Source of the DNA: Candidatus Saccharimonadales bacterium
Lineage (GTDB): Bacteria > Patescibacteriota > Saccharimonadia > Saccharimonadales > UBA4665
Reading direction: 5' to 3'
DNA: 64,000 nt
Assembly (NCBI GenBank): GCA_035480095.1
Contig: DATIIC010000019.1
Location: forward strand, 17,658-81,657
Part shown: piece by piece, positions 46,476 to 55,900 of the stretch
Layout of the letters: every line of letters begins with the position of its first letter
Numbering within the stretch: the first letter of the stretch is position 1
Position numbers and translations under genes: made by a program
Notes under the pieces: model-generated
What the model saw: the letters and a program-made list of their open reading frames with translations, nothing else
Databases searched by the model: none
What the model was told of the DNA's origin: nothing

Positions 46476-47885
46476 ATGAACACGCTGGAAACGGTTGCGG
46501 CCTGCAACGAAGCTTACCGCACGCTGCAAACAGATGAGACACTCGCTGCCAGTGCCGCTGCGGCGTTGGCCGACCGCATCCATACCGCCGCACCCGCCTA
46601 CCGGCAGGCCGCCAAGGCCATCTGTAAGGAATTAGTAGCCCTCACTGGAGATGACCCGGACTACGCGCCAGATGCCTACACCGTCGCCGTCTATGACGCC
46701 CTGGCCGACACAATCGAAGGCGATACCCAAGAAGAAGTCTCCCGCCGCGCCTTGCGCCGTTTGCTGGTCCCACCGGCCCGGCCGGAACCGGCCGCCCCAG
46801 CACCCGAATTGGAGCCAGAGGCTGCAGTGGATGTGGCGACAGAGCCAGGACCAACCGAACCCGCCGTAGAGGCCATGGCCGATGAGGCCTTGCCCGATGA
46901 GGAGATGCCAACAGAATCGCCTGATGAAGCACCCGCTAAATTGACCATTGAAGAGCAACGGCAAGCCGACTTCGAACTGTGCCGCAAAGTTGTCGCGCAC
47001 GACCCGGAGGCAACGGCTTTGTTCGTGAAGCGGTATGAGCGCTCCCTCTGGAAGGAAGTAAACTGGATGACGGCCAGGATGGAGCCAGGCATCATCAGCC
47101 GGGACGACCTGTTCCAAGAAGCTGTCGTCTACGCACTTGAGGCGGCAGGGCGGTATATATCCGAAACGGCCGAGTACAGCAAATTCATGAACTTCAACTC
47201 ATTCTTAACCAACTACCTGTTTCGGCACCTGGCGAGGGTAGCCATCGGCCAGTACGCTGTCCGGCTACCCGTCCACGTCCAGGAGATGCTGAACCGGATT
47301 GACGCCATCAATAGGAAGCGCCTCGCGAATGGCCAGGGCCTGATGGGCGACGAGAATTTGCGGGCGACGTTCAAGACCCCAATAGGTGGGCCGGGCCAGT
47401 TCGCCCGGATTTCAACCGGCGACATTTGGCAGGCCTACCTGCTAACCCGGTACCTGGGCTCAACCGACACCGGTTACAGCCCCGGTAAAGAAGACGCCCT
47501 CGACACCGACTACATCATGGATGAGCGAAGGGCCTTAAGCCCCATCCATGGCGAAGCAGAGCCGCCCATTGACGACCAAGTCACCGACAAACAGCTGAAA
47601 GAACTGCTAAACAAGGCGATTGCCAGCTTGCCCCATGAACGGCAGCGGGGGGTCATCCGATTGCTGTTCAACCTAGATGGTGCAGGCCCGAAAACGCTCG
47701 ACGAAGTCGGTGAAGTGTATGGAGTGACCCGCGAGCGAATTAGGCAAATCCGTAAAACAGCATTGGGCTTGCTTCGCCACCCCAGCCGGTCACAGCCATT
47801 TTATGCCTACATAGGGTGGGACGACCCCTTGCCACGCCCCCGTCCAACGCAAGAAGCCGAAGAATTCGAAGAATCTACAGATTAA
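46476..47885 (+). CDS. RNA polymerase sigma-70 family factor, divergent RpoD-like, with an Ala/Pro/Glu-rich N-terminal extension
   Basis: Region 2 is DLFQEAVVYALEAAGRY...FLTNYLFRHLARVAIGQYAVRLPVHVQEMLNRI. Region 4 is TLDEVGEVYGVTRERIRQIRKTALGLLR. Confidence 0.85.
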   Translation: MNTLETVAACNEAYRTLQTDETLAASAAAALADRIHTAAPAYRQAAKAICKELVALTGDDPDYAPDAYTVAVYDALADTIEGDTQEEVSRRALRRLLVPPARPEPAAPAPELEPEAAVDVATEPGPTEPAVEAMADEALPDEEMPTESPDEAPAKLTIEEQRQADFELCRKVVAHDPEATALFVKRYERSLWKEVNWMTARMEPGIISRDDLFQEAVVYALEAAGRYISETAEYSKFMNFNSFLTNYLFRHLARVAIGQYAVRLPVHVQEMLNRIDAINRKRLANGQGLMGDENLRATFKTPIGGPGQFARISTGDIWQAYLLTRYLGSTDTGYSPGKEDALDTDYIMDERRALSPIHGEAEPPIDDQVTDKQLKELLNKAIASLPHERQRGVIRLLFNLDGAGPKTLDEVGEVYGVTRERIRQIRKTALGLLRHPSRSQPFYAYIGWDDPLPRPRPTQEAEEFEESTD

Positions 47886-48691
47886 TCCTCAAGGATAGGT
47901 GGTCGGCCAAAGAGGCGGGCAGCGGTTTCCATAGCCGGCAGAAGCGGCGACAGCAGCCACAAAAACAGTGCGCCCAGCCAGGCCAGCGGCCATCGGTTGT
48001 TACCGTGCGCACGCAGCGTGTTGGGCCACCACTGCAGGTTGGCCCACAACTGGTCGTGCTCGCTGCGCGCCCGGCGCATTTTGGCGCCCACTTTGAGGCC
48101 TTCGTGGTACGTTATTTGGTAACCCAGACGGTGCAGGTGGATGGACAGGTCCAGGTCTTCGTGGATGTCGGTGCGCTGGCAAGTGTGCGCGCGTGCCGCC
48201 CGCCACAGCTTGGCCGGCACGGCCATGTTGGTGCCGAAGAGTATGTAATGCCCCAGCAGCAAGCGGTTCTGCCGGAACACAATCTGGCCCTGAATCCAGG
48301 AAACCAAGCGCTGCAAGCGCAGGTTGTAGCACAAAACACCGCCGGTTAGTGCTTGGTTGGTATGCGCCGGCTCCGCATAAAATGCGGCAACACGTTCCAG
48401 CCAGTCCGGCGGCAGTACGGTGTCGGCGTCGATGCGGGCGATGATGTTCCCGCGCGCCGCGTCGAACCCACGGTTCCGGGCGAACACCACGCCCTGGCGC
48501 GGTTCATGCAGCAACTTCACAAACTTGTGCTTTTTGGCAATTGCCGCCGTGCGGTCAGTGGAATTGTTATCCACCACAATCACTTCGTACGGCCCGCGCG
48601 TCTGTGCGGCCACCGCGTCCAAACACCGGGCTAGATGGCGCTCCTCGTTATAAGCGGGTATGATGATACTAATGTTTACGATGTTTGACAC
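47882..48691 (-). CDS. glycosyltransferase family 2
   Basis: It has SIIIPAYNEE, VVDNNSTD and RIDAD. TACAAT (48698..48703) lies 6 nt upstream of the GTG at 48691. The track's start at 48712 is an alternative. Confidence 0.85.
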   Translation of the reverse strand: MSNIVNISIIIPAYNEERHLARCLDAVAAQTRGPYEVIVVDNNSTDRTAAIAKKHKFVKLLHEPRQGVVFARNRGFDAARGNIIARIDADTVLPPDWLERVAAFYAEPAHTNQALTGGVLCYNLRLQRLVSWIQGQIVFRQNRLLLGHYILFGTNMAVPAKLWRAARAHTCQRTDIHEDLDLSIHLHRLGYQITYHEGLKVGAKMRRARSEHDQLWANLQWWPNTLRAHGNNRWPLAWLGALFLWLLSPLLPAMETAARLFGRPPILED

Positions 48692-49797
48692 AGGTACATT
48701 GTATGCCAACACTTAAGAAATTTTCGAAAACTGCAGGCTGGCTGTGCCTATGGCTAGCACGCTACTGGCGGGCGAATTGGCGGCACAAGGTAGTCGTTGT
48801 GGTGGTTGCGGTAGGCGTGGCGTTCGTCGGTTTTATGTATGGCGTGGCGCTCTGGTACCAACACGGCGAGCAGGGCAAGCCGGCCACGCTGGGCGTCAGT
48901 TTTATCCCCGATTACGCGCAGTCGCTGGGCGTAGACCCGGGGAAGACCATGGACGCGCTGCTGCAAGACCTGCACGTACGGCAGTTCCGGCTAGTCAGCT
49001 ACTGGAAAGACATTGAACCCACCCCCGGCACCTACGACTTCAGCCAGCTGGACTGGCAGTTTGCGAAGGCCGGACAAGCACACGCGCACATCATTTTAAC
49101 GGTGGGGCTGCGCCAACCGCGCTGGCCGGAATGCCACCCGCCGGACTGGGTAGATACATCAAAGCCGCTGGACACCTGGCAGCCACAACTTGAACAATTT
49201 ATGGCCGCCGTGGTCAACCGCTACAAATACAGCCCGGCGCTGCAAAGCTACCAACTGGAAAACGAATACTTCCTAAAAGGGTTTGGAACGTGTACCGATT
49301 CGACGCGCAGCCGGCTGGTTAGCGAATACAATCTGGTGAAACAGCTGGACCCGGCGCACCCCATCATAGTCGGACGCAGCAATAACGACCTGGGCACGCC
49401 GGTTGGGCAGCCAACGCCCGATGAATACAGCGTGTCCATGTACCAACGAGTGTGGGACAAAACCGTCACCCACCGCTACCTGCAGTACCCGTTCCCCAGT
49501 TGGTACTACGCGTTTTTGGCGGGCATGCAGAAAATCACCAAAGGCCGCGACATGATGATAGCCGAACTCCAAGCCGAGCCGTGGCCGGCAAACGGGCAGA
49601 CCATCCAGGAAAGTTCACTGGCCGAACACAACAAATCATTTAATGCCGGACGGCTGCAAACCACTGTTGATTTTGCTCGGGCAACCGGCATGAAATCCAT
49701 CGACCTATGGGGTGCCGAGTACTGGTACTACCGCCTGCAAGTCTTACACGACCCGTCGGTCTGGAACACCGCCCGGGATATCTTTGGCAATTCCTAA
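48685..49797 (+). CDS. glycoside hydrolase, clan GH-A TIM-barrel type (GH5/GH35/GH42-like), N-terminally anchored
   Basis: It has FRLVSYWKDIEPTPGTYDFSQLDW, and YQLENEY is a candidate acid/base NE motif. There is an N-terminal TM helix. The start is 48685 (TTG) or 48703 (ATG). Confidence 0.65.
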   Translation: MTQVHCMPTLKKFSKTAGWLCLWLARYWRANWRHKVVVVVVAVGVAFVGFMYGVALWYQHGEQGKPATLGVSFIPDYAQSLGVDPGKTMDALLQDLHVRQFRLVSYWKDIEPTPGTYDFSQLDWQFAKAGQAHAHIILTVGLRQPRWPECHPPDWVDTSKPLDTWQPQLEQFMAAVVNRYKYSPALQSYQLENEYFLKGFGTCTDSTRSRLVSEYNLVKQLDPAHPIIVGRSNNDLGTPVGQPTPDEYSVSMYQRVWDKTVTHRYLQYPFPSWYYAFLAGMQKITKGRDMMIAELQAEPWPANGQTIQESSLAEHNKSFNAGRLQTTVDFARATGMKSIDLWGAEYWYYRLQVLHDPSVWNTARDIFGNS

Positions 49798-49883
49798 GTG
49801 CAGTATAAGATTGCCTAAAGTGACTCACTGAGGCAACGGCCATCTTGCATCAAATCACACTTACGTGATATAAATCACAAGTC

Positions 49884-49914
49884 ATACTTTCGGCAGCGAA
49901 AGTATTTTTGTTTG
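49884..49914 (+). terminator. rho-independent terminator
   Basis: ATACTTTCG-GCAG-CGAAAGTAT is a perfect 9-bp stem followed by TTTTTGTTTG. Confidence 0.75.
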
Positions 49915-49940
49915 TTAGTACTGCTTTCAAAGGAGTTTTT

Positions 49941-50828
49941 ATGCCCTACGTTACATCCCTAGAATTTGATGCTGGTCCGGCAGAATTGCTCGCCAGCAAC
50001 GACTGGGAGCTGGCAGCCCACCTATTGCAGCTCGATATCGCCGCTGGAGTCCATGGGGTGCGGGGACAGATTGAGCATGCGCCATACGAGCGTATCGTCA
50101 ATACGGGGGATGCGGGACTTTTCTCGCACGCACCAGCCGAGAGAGCTTGGGACGGCACCCGTGCCGCCAATAGATCCGTTTTTACGGGCGAACCAGTACA
50201 AGTGCCCGGATTCCTGGAACCGCGCCCCGTCGGCCAACTTGGCCGGGCTGCCGTGTTTAGCGATGTGACGCCTGCAGACGAGCCGCTCGACCAACCTGCC
50301 GGCAACACTGGGCTCACATTCAAACATCCCGGAATTGGACTGGAGAGCGCGGCCATGGCGCACCGGACCTGGCTACACACACAAACAATGTGCACTGAAG
50401 ACAATAAAATATTCATCGATCCGCCACAATCTGAAGCAGAATTAATTGCAGGTGCCGAACAACTCTGGCCAAATGTGGTTTTGATGCCTAGGGACAGGGA
50501 GCGCCGTGCGGCTGCCCGCGTGGCCAGCGAGAAGGCAAATTTGCGGGAAGAGCAGCGCTGGTTCCCCGAGAAGTTCCCGGCAGGCTACGCACGTGTATCG
50601 GCAGATGCGTTCGACGATTGTTTTGGTGAGGAAGTGTTTTACCCGGACAAAGGCAACCGTGCGCCGCAGTCCGACACGCCTGGTGGTAAACATCCAGACT
50701 TCACGGAGCCAGAGTCGAGAACGGACGACCAGTCAAAGCTGAGCCATTTACTCACACTGCTCCGCTCGGTGCGCAAGGACGAACCCGGGATGCTAGTACC
50801 CGGTGACCTAGGCAGGGAAGCCGCATAG
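49941..50828 (+). CDS. hypothetical protein
   Basis: The ATG at 49941 is preceded by AAGGAG. The track's start at 49908 would lie inside the terminator. Confidence 0.5.
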   Translation: MPYVTSLEFDAGPAELLASNDWELAAHLLQLDIAAGVHGVRGQIEHAPYERIVNTGDAGLFSHAPAERAWDGTRAANRSVFTGEPVQVPGFLEPRPVGQLGRAAVFSDVTPADEPLDQPAGNTGLTFKHPGIGLESAAMAHRTWLHTQTMCTEDNKIFIDPPQSEAELIAGAEQLWPNVVLMPRDRERRAAARVASEKANLREEQRWFPEKFPAGYARVSADAFDDCFGEEVFYPDKGNRAPQSDTPGGKHPDFTEPESRTDDQSKLSHLLTLLRSVRKDEPGMLVPGDLGREAA

Positions 50829-50842
50829 GCTCCGGCCGCTTA

Positions 50843-51355
50843 CTAATACACCCGCACATGGGGCGACACGCCGGAAAGGGGCAGCACACCCGCATGCGCC
50901 ACAATGTCGGGAGAAGTCGCCACCGTCCGATTAGCTAACAAAACCGCCGGCGCCACATGCATGTCCCGCAGGCCAGGCAAGCGGACGCCAAACAGCAAAT
51001 CCGTTTCTTCTATGGGCGTCAGCAGGCCGGCCATGGCATTCGGCGGCCAAGCGCTGAAGAGCACGGCATTGCCGAGTGCTTGCGCCATCCCTAACTGGCT
51101 GTGCCGGTTTTCTTGCTGCAGCCGGATGAGCGGCTCACGGTTCAGGGCGACCAGGCCAACGTAGCGTTCGGCGGCAAACTCCGGCAGTGGCGGGAACGAA
51201 ACCCAGTCCGGTATGTCACCGGCGCTCTGCCGAAAAACCGGCCATAGCCACAACCGCTGCAGCCGCAAATCTTTGGGCTCACGGAAACGGGTATTCACGG
51301 CATACCAGGTAGCCGCTAGCCGCTCGGTGATGGGTGCTTTTGCCATAGCTACCAT
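50843..51355 (-). CDS. hypothetical protein (start uncertain, up to 51457)
   Basis: It is an ORF of 170-204 aa. The longest version would overlap the smpB start. Confidence 0.35.
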   Translation of the reverse strand: MVAMAKAPITERLAATWYAVNTRFREPKDLRLQRLWLWPVFRQSAGDIPDWVSFPPLPEFAAERYVGLVALNREPLIRLQQENRHSQLGMAQALGNAVLFSAWPPNAMAGLLTPIEETDLLFGVRLPGLRDMHVAPAVLLANRTVATSPDIVAHAGVLPLSGVSPHVRVY

Positions 51356-51422
51356 ATATACCGTAAAGGCCGGGGGCAGCCAGTTAGCAAACCAACAGAT
51401 GTCAGGTACAATAGTAAGCACT

Positions 51423-51884
51423 ATGGTTAAGAAAAAGGCGAATGCGCCCAAATCCATCCAAAACCGCCGTGCCCGGTTCGACTACGAACTGGGTGATTCG
51501 TTGGTGGTCGGCCTGGAACTGACCGGCGCCGAGGTAAAGAGCCTGCGCATGGGCCACGGCCAGCTGCGCGGCGCCTATGTGACCGTAAAAGACGGCGAGC
51601 TGTACCTGTTAAATGGTGCCGTGAATGGCACCCACGCCGTTCCGCTGACCGAACAAGAACAAACCCGCACCCGCAAACTGCTCGCCAAACGCCGCGAAAT
51701 CGACGCCCTGGTGACCGCCAAACAGCAAGGCAAAACCATCGTGCCGCTGGAGCTGCTCACCCGCGGCCGGTTCATAAAACTACGCATCGCCGTCGGCAAG
51801 GGCAAACGGCAATATGACAAGCGGCAGACGCTAAAGAAGCGCGATGAGGACCGCCAGGCCCGCGCCGCCATGAAGCCCCGTTAA
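51423..51884 (+). CDS. smpB: SsrA-binding protein
   Basis: IQNRRARFDYELGDSLVVGLELTGAEVKSLR... is typical of SmpB. TACAAT (51407..51412) lies 10 nt upstream of the ATG. Confidence 0.9.
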   Translation: MVKKKANAPKSIQNRRARFDYELGDSLVVGLELTGAEVKSLRMGHGQLRGAYVTVKDGELYLLNGAVNGTHAVPLTEQEQTRTRKLLAKRREIDALVTAKQQGKTIVPLELLTRGRFIKLRIAVGKGKRQYDKRQTLKKRDEDRQARAAMKPR

Positions 51885-52017
51885 TAATTCACCACGCCTA
51901 GCCGTGATATACTAGGCGCTGAAACAAACGATAACCTGCAGTACGCCCTGCGACAGAAACTGTTTAAACCAGCGTGTATACTGAAGGTTCGTGCGTAAGG
52001 GGGGTCGTTTGGAGCAT

Positions 52018-53217
52018 ATGAAACGCCTGCGTATCGCAATCATCGCGCCACCCTGGCTGAAACTACCCGTTGAAGGTTACGGCGGTCTTGAGGCCGTACT
52101 GGACAGCCTGGTACGCGAGCTGGTCAAACTAGATGTAGATGTCGAGATATTCGGGGTCGGCCGGCGCAAGTTCCACGGCGTCAAAGTCCATCCCGTTACC
52201 AAAACTGAACAGTTTGAGCACATCCTGAAGCCGATGTACGACTTCTCGCTGCCAATTCCGACCGCGCACATGCTGAACGCACTCAAACTAATCCAGGAAG
52301 ATGGTACGTTTGATGTCATCCACGACCACAATTACTTCATAGGCCCGGCAATCTTATCGTACGCCGCGGGCAGCGGCAAAATCCCGCCAGCGGTACACAC
52401 ACTGCATGGCCCACCACTCACCACCGACCGCATGGTCGAAGACGGCGTGCCGGACAACCGCATTTTCTGGCGCTCCATGGCCGGCAAGCACCAGTGTTTC
52501 ATCGTGCCGATTTCCGACGCCATGCGAGACACCATGCCCGCGGAACTGGCCGGAAACTTGCTAGACACCGTCCACAACGCCCTGGAAATCACCGACTTTC
52601 CGTATATTAACAAAGAGGGCAAGAAGAACTACTTCATAACCCTGGCGCGCTTCTGCGAGGAAAAAGGCCAGCATGTCGCCGCCCGGATTTGCGCCCGCAA
52701 CAACTACCGTCTGCGGATGGCCGGCACGGTAGCGGCCATTTCCTCCACCCGAAAGCTGCTTTTGGAACTGGCCAACCCCGTCAGCCGCTACCGCAACGAC
52801 CGCGATTTCCGCTACTACAGCGAGCAGGTACTGCCCTATGTGCTGCGCAACCCGCGCGTCACCTACGCCGGCAACATCAACGGCCGGCGCAAAATGAAAT
52901 TCATTTCCGAGGCCAAAGCGCTGCTGTTTCCCATCGCCTGGGAAGAGCCATTTGGCATGTCGGTGATTGAAGCCCTGGCCTGCGGCACCCCAGTAGTGGC
53001 CATGAACCACGGCGCCATGCCGGAACTGATTGAGCACGGCGTCACCGGCTTTTTAGCCGACACCGAGGAAGAATTCGCCGAGTACATGAAACGAGTGGAT
53101 GAAATCGACCCGGCGGCTTGCCGTAAGTCGGTCGAAGCCAAGTTCTCGGGCCGCCTGATGGCCGAACGCTACGTCGAGCGCTACTACACCGCTATCAAGC
53201 GGGCTGGCAGACAGTAG
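52018..53217 (+). CDS. glycosyltransferase family 4 (GT-B, group 1)
   Basis: It has RIAIIAPPW...GGLE and the E-x7-E region EPFGMSVIEALACGTPVVA. GGAG lies upstream of the ATG at 52018. Confidence 0.85.
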   Translation: MKRLRIAIIAPPWLKLPVEGYGGLEAVLDSLVRELVKLDVDVEIFGVGRRKFHGVKVHPVTKTEQFEHILKPMYDFSLPIPTAHMLNALKLIQEDGTFDVIHDHNYFIGPAILSYAAGSGKIPPAVHTLHGPPLTTDRMVEDGVPDNRIFWRSMAGKHQCFIVPISDAMRDTMPAELAGNLLDTVHNALEITDFPYINKEGKKNYFITLARFCEEKGQHVAARICARNNYRLRMAGTVAAISSTRKLLLELANPVSRYRNDRDFRYYSEQVLPYVLRNPRVTYAGNINGRRKMKFISEAKALLFPIAWEEPFGMSVIEALACGTPVVAMNHGAMPELIEHGVTGFLADTEEEFAEYMKRVDEIDPAACRKSVEAKFSGRLMAERYVERYYTAIKRAGRQ

Positions 53218-53284
53218 ACTGCAGATTGGGTAGCCTACCCAATCTACTATCTGCTTTCTACAATCTACCAATCCAAAATGCTTA

Positions 53285-53293
53285 TGGTACGAT
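53285..53293 (+). promoter_or_regulatory. extended -10 box TGGTACGAT, 6 nt upstream of ATG 53300 (leaderless arrangement)
   Basis: TGGTACGAT is followed by GGTCGT and then ATG. Confidence 0.5.
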
Positions 53294-53299
53294 GGTCGT

Positions 53300-54697
53300 A
53301 TGGATCCGCTTACCGATTGGCTTGCCGCCCCGAAACCCGACCGCCAAGCCCTGATTGCGGCCCTTAGCTCCGACCACGCCGAACACGCGCTCAACTTGGT
53401 GCGCGCGCCCGAACGGTGGGGCGTCTACGCCAGCCTGGGCCCGAACTTCCAGTACGCCATTTTCGGGCGCGATTCCATCGAAACCGCCGAAGACATCCTC
53501 GCGTTCGACCCGGACACGGTGCACGACATCATCCTCAAACTGTGCTACCTGCAAGGCACCACCAACACCACCACCGAAGAAGAACCCGGTAAAATCCACC
53601 ACGAGTTCCGCGCTGTGCGCCTGAACGGCCACGACGTGCCGGAGCGCTCCATCGAAATTATCCGCCGGCTGCAGCGCCAATGGGGCGGGGAAGGCACCGA
53701 CGAAATGATTTACTACGGCAGCCATGACGCCACACCGCTGTTCGTGCGGTTGGTGGGACGGTACTGCGACCGCGCCGGCAGCGGCATTTTGGACGAAACC
53801 GTTACCCGGCGCGGGGACGGCGAAACAACCGTCCGCGACTGCCTGAGGGCAGCCCTGGGTTGGCTGGAAACCAAAATTTCGGACCACTCGCTCGGCCTGT
53901 TCGTGCAGCAGCGCCTGAACCCGAACGGCATCGTCAACCAGGCCTGGAAGGATTCACCCACTTCGTACTTGCACCTTGACGGTACCTTGCCGGGCTACGA
54001 CAGCCCAGTGGCATCCATCGAGCTGCAAGGTTACGCCTACGATGCGCTGCTGACCGGCATGCGGCTCCACCTGGGCAGCCCCGAAGACCGCGAGCGCTGG
54101 GGGCATTTGGCACAGCAGCTGCAGCGGCAGACCGTCCAGCTGCTGTGGATGGAGGATGCACAGTACTTCGCCCAGGCGCTAGATTTTACCAACCCGGCCG
54201 AACCCCGGCAAATTGCCACCATCACTTCAAACCCGGGAGCACTATTAGACAGCGGCCTGTTGCACGATTTGCCCGGCAGTGATGCCAGACGCTTTTCGGA
54301 AGCGATTATGCACACCGTGATGGGCCCGGAACTGCTGACCACCATCGGCGTACGCTGCCGCGCCGTCAAGCATTGGGATTTGCAGGCCTTCATCGACTAC
54401 CACGGCCCCAATACCGTCTGGCCGAAGGAAACCTACGACATCGCCAAGGGTCTGCGCCGGGCAGGGCTGCACCATGAAGCCGGGGATCTCGAAGACCGCC
54501 TGATGGCAGGCTTAAAGGAAGCTGGCGAGTTTGCCGAATTTTTCTATGTCAGCCGCAGCGGCAAAGTCTGGTACGACACCGCTGAAGCCATGGGGCACTT
54601 CAGCGCCCAATCGCAGGGCCACGACATACCCGTACCCGAACCGGCCCAGGCCTGGACCATCGCCGCGGCACTAGCCATTAGTCGGCGGCGTGCCTAG
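53300..54697 (+). CDS. amylo-alpha-1,6-glucosidase family protein (glycogen-debranching-enzyme-like, (alpha/alpha)6 barrel)
   Basis: It has AIFGRDSIETA, GKIHHE, NQAWKDS and VWPKETY blocks, as in GDE_C-type proteins. Confidence 0.75.
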   Translation: MDPLTDWLAAPKPDRQALIAALSSDHAEHALNLVRAPERWGVYASLGPNFQYAIFGRDSIETAEDILAFDPDTVHDIILKLCYLQGTTNTTTEEEPGKIHHEFRAVRLNGHDVPERSIEIIRRLQRQWGGEGTDEMIYYGSHDATPLFVRLVGRYCDRAGSGILDETVTRRGDGETTVRDCLRAALGWLETKISDHSLGLFVQQRLNPNGIVNQAWKDSPTSYLHLDGTLPGYDSPVASIELQGYAYDALLTGMRLHLGSPEDRERWGHLAQQLQRQTVQLLWMEDAQYFAQALDFTNPAEPRQIATITSNPGALLDSGLLHDLPGSDARRFSEAIMHTVMGPELLTTIGVRCRAVKHWDLQAFIDYHGPNTVWPKETYDIAKGLRRAGLHHEAGDLEDRLMAGLKEAGEFAEFFYVSRSGKVWYDTAEAMGHFSAQSQGHDIPVPEPAQAWTIAAALAISRRRA

Positions 54698-55631
54698 GAA
54701 TGTAGCGGCGCTGCGCCGTGGCACGCGCAAACATATGTTCAAAGATGCGGGCACCGTTTAGGCGGTCAGTAATGGTGCTGGGGTGCGTGGCGCCCCGCAG
54801 GATGGAGATGTTTTCTTCTGGCACGCCAGCCGCCAGCAGGCCATCTTTGGTCGGACCGGCTAGGACCATGGCGTCATTTTCAGCCAGTACCGCACTGACG
54901 TCAAACACCGCCTCTTTGCAGAATTGTTGCAGGCGCTCTCGGTTATCCGTCCAGAAAATTGCCGTCGACACCATCCGCCAGGATTCGCGGGGCGCAAACA
55001 GGAACCGGCCTCCCATCGACCGCACCACACTGCCCAGTACCTTCAGGTCGCTTGGCCGAAAGGCGCCCTTTGAAGTCGCTGCCTCCACTGCCGCCCGTCC
55101 GGCTAGCTGCACCGTGTTCCGCGGCTGGCTTTCTGGTGCAATGCCCAGCGGGGTGACAAGTGTTACGCCCTTCAACCGTCTTCCCACTCGTTCGTCCTCC
55201 TGCAGCGTAAGGCCCGCAGCCAAAATCGCCGTCGAACCGATGGAATGCCCCAACACCGCCAGCTCACCGCGTTCGATGTCAACTTCGCCGGCCGCGTAAA
55301 TCATCACTTCGTTGAAGCGGCGCATGCGCTCCGCCGCGGTGTAGTCCCGTGCTTTCTTGGGCTCATCGTACGTGATGAACCGCACCGCCACCCCGTTTTC
55401 CTGGGCGGCAGCCAAGAAGCCTTCGATAAACGGTTCAACCGTACCCCGCGACTTGAATGCACCGTTGCACATCACAATCGTCCAGGGGTCTTGGCCTTCC
55501 GGCACTGCTTCGCCCCAAGGTGCGTTTTCGTACGTCCGCACCATGATGGGGCTAACCAGCCCCCGAGCAGGGACAATCACATGTTCAGTCGGTTCAAACC
55601 GTGGGGCAGGGTTTTCGGCAAGCAGTTCCAT
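54678..55631 (-). CDS. alpha/beta hydrolase
   Basis: It has the nucleophile elbow GHSIGS. Its promoter block is shared with the gene at 1841..2776. Confidence 0.7.
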   Translation of the reverse strand: MELLAENPAPRFEPTEHVIVPARGLVSPIMVRTYENAPWGEAVPEGQDPWTIVMCNGAFKSRGTVEPFIEGFLAAAQENGVAVRFITYDEPKKARDYTAAERMRRFNEVMIYAAGEVDIERGELAVLGHSIGSTAILAAGLTLQEDERVGRRLKGVTLVTPLGIAPESQPRNTVQLAGRAAVEAATSKGAFRPSDLKVLGSVVRSMGGRFLFAPRESWRMVSTAIFWTDNRERLQQFCKEAVFDVSAVLAENDAMVLAGPTKDGLLAAGVPEENISILRGATHPSTITDRLNGARIFEHMFARATAQRRYIPRHAAD

Positions 55632-55643
55632 ATCTAGCAGAAT

Positions 55644-55668
55644 ATTATACCACTTATGTCAATACCTG
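55644..55668 (-). promoter_or_regulatory. extended -10 promoter (TGGTATAAT) with a conserved upstream block, 12 nt from the ATG at 55631
   Basis: The minus strand reads CAGGTATTGACATAAGTGGTATAAT. Over the 27-nt block 55642..55668 versus 2783..2809, 24 of 27 positions are identical. Confidence 0.55.
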
Positions 55669-55825
55669 TCTCTGGTGGCCACCTGTTGCCTCTCTGTTGT
55701 GTTTTCGGTATAATTCTCCCAGCTTACAACCGTTCTCTGGCGAAGGGAAAAGAGCAGCCAGACAAAATGTGAACCATTTTGCCTGCGCGTTGAGAAAAAC
55801 CGTAGGTTTGTCTCAAGGTTGGCGT

Positions 55826-55900
55826 TCCGGGGTAGCGCAGCGGTAGCGCAGTTGACTGTTAATCAATTGGTCGCGGGTTCGAATCCCGCCCCCGGAGCCA
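55826..55900 (+). tRNA. tRNA-Asn (anticodon GTT), CCA encoded
   Basis: It was folded manually. The acceptor stem is TCCGGGG/CCCCGGA, the D arm is GCGC-AGCGGTA-GCGC, and the anticodon arm is GTTGA-CTGTTAA-TCAAT. The T arm is GCGGG-TTCGAAT-CCCGC, followed by G and CCA, for 75 nt in total. Confidence 0.9.

Noticed and set aside
47882-47885. Overlapping stop codons (TTAA) of the convergent sigma-factor and GT2 genes
   Set aside because: The overlap is real but trivial. It is a common consequence of tight gene packing and not evidence of regulation.
51885-52017. A possible tmRNA (ssrA) next to smpB
   Set aside because: The spacer is only about 130 nt, and no tRNA-like acceptor/T-arm or tag reading frame was recognisable. 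ssrA must lie elsewhere.
53282-53887. A 201-aa minus-strand ORF
   Set aside because: It is antisense to the amylo-alpha-1,6-glucosidase-like gene, which has clear family motifs. It shows the typical antisense composition.
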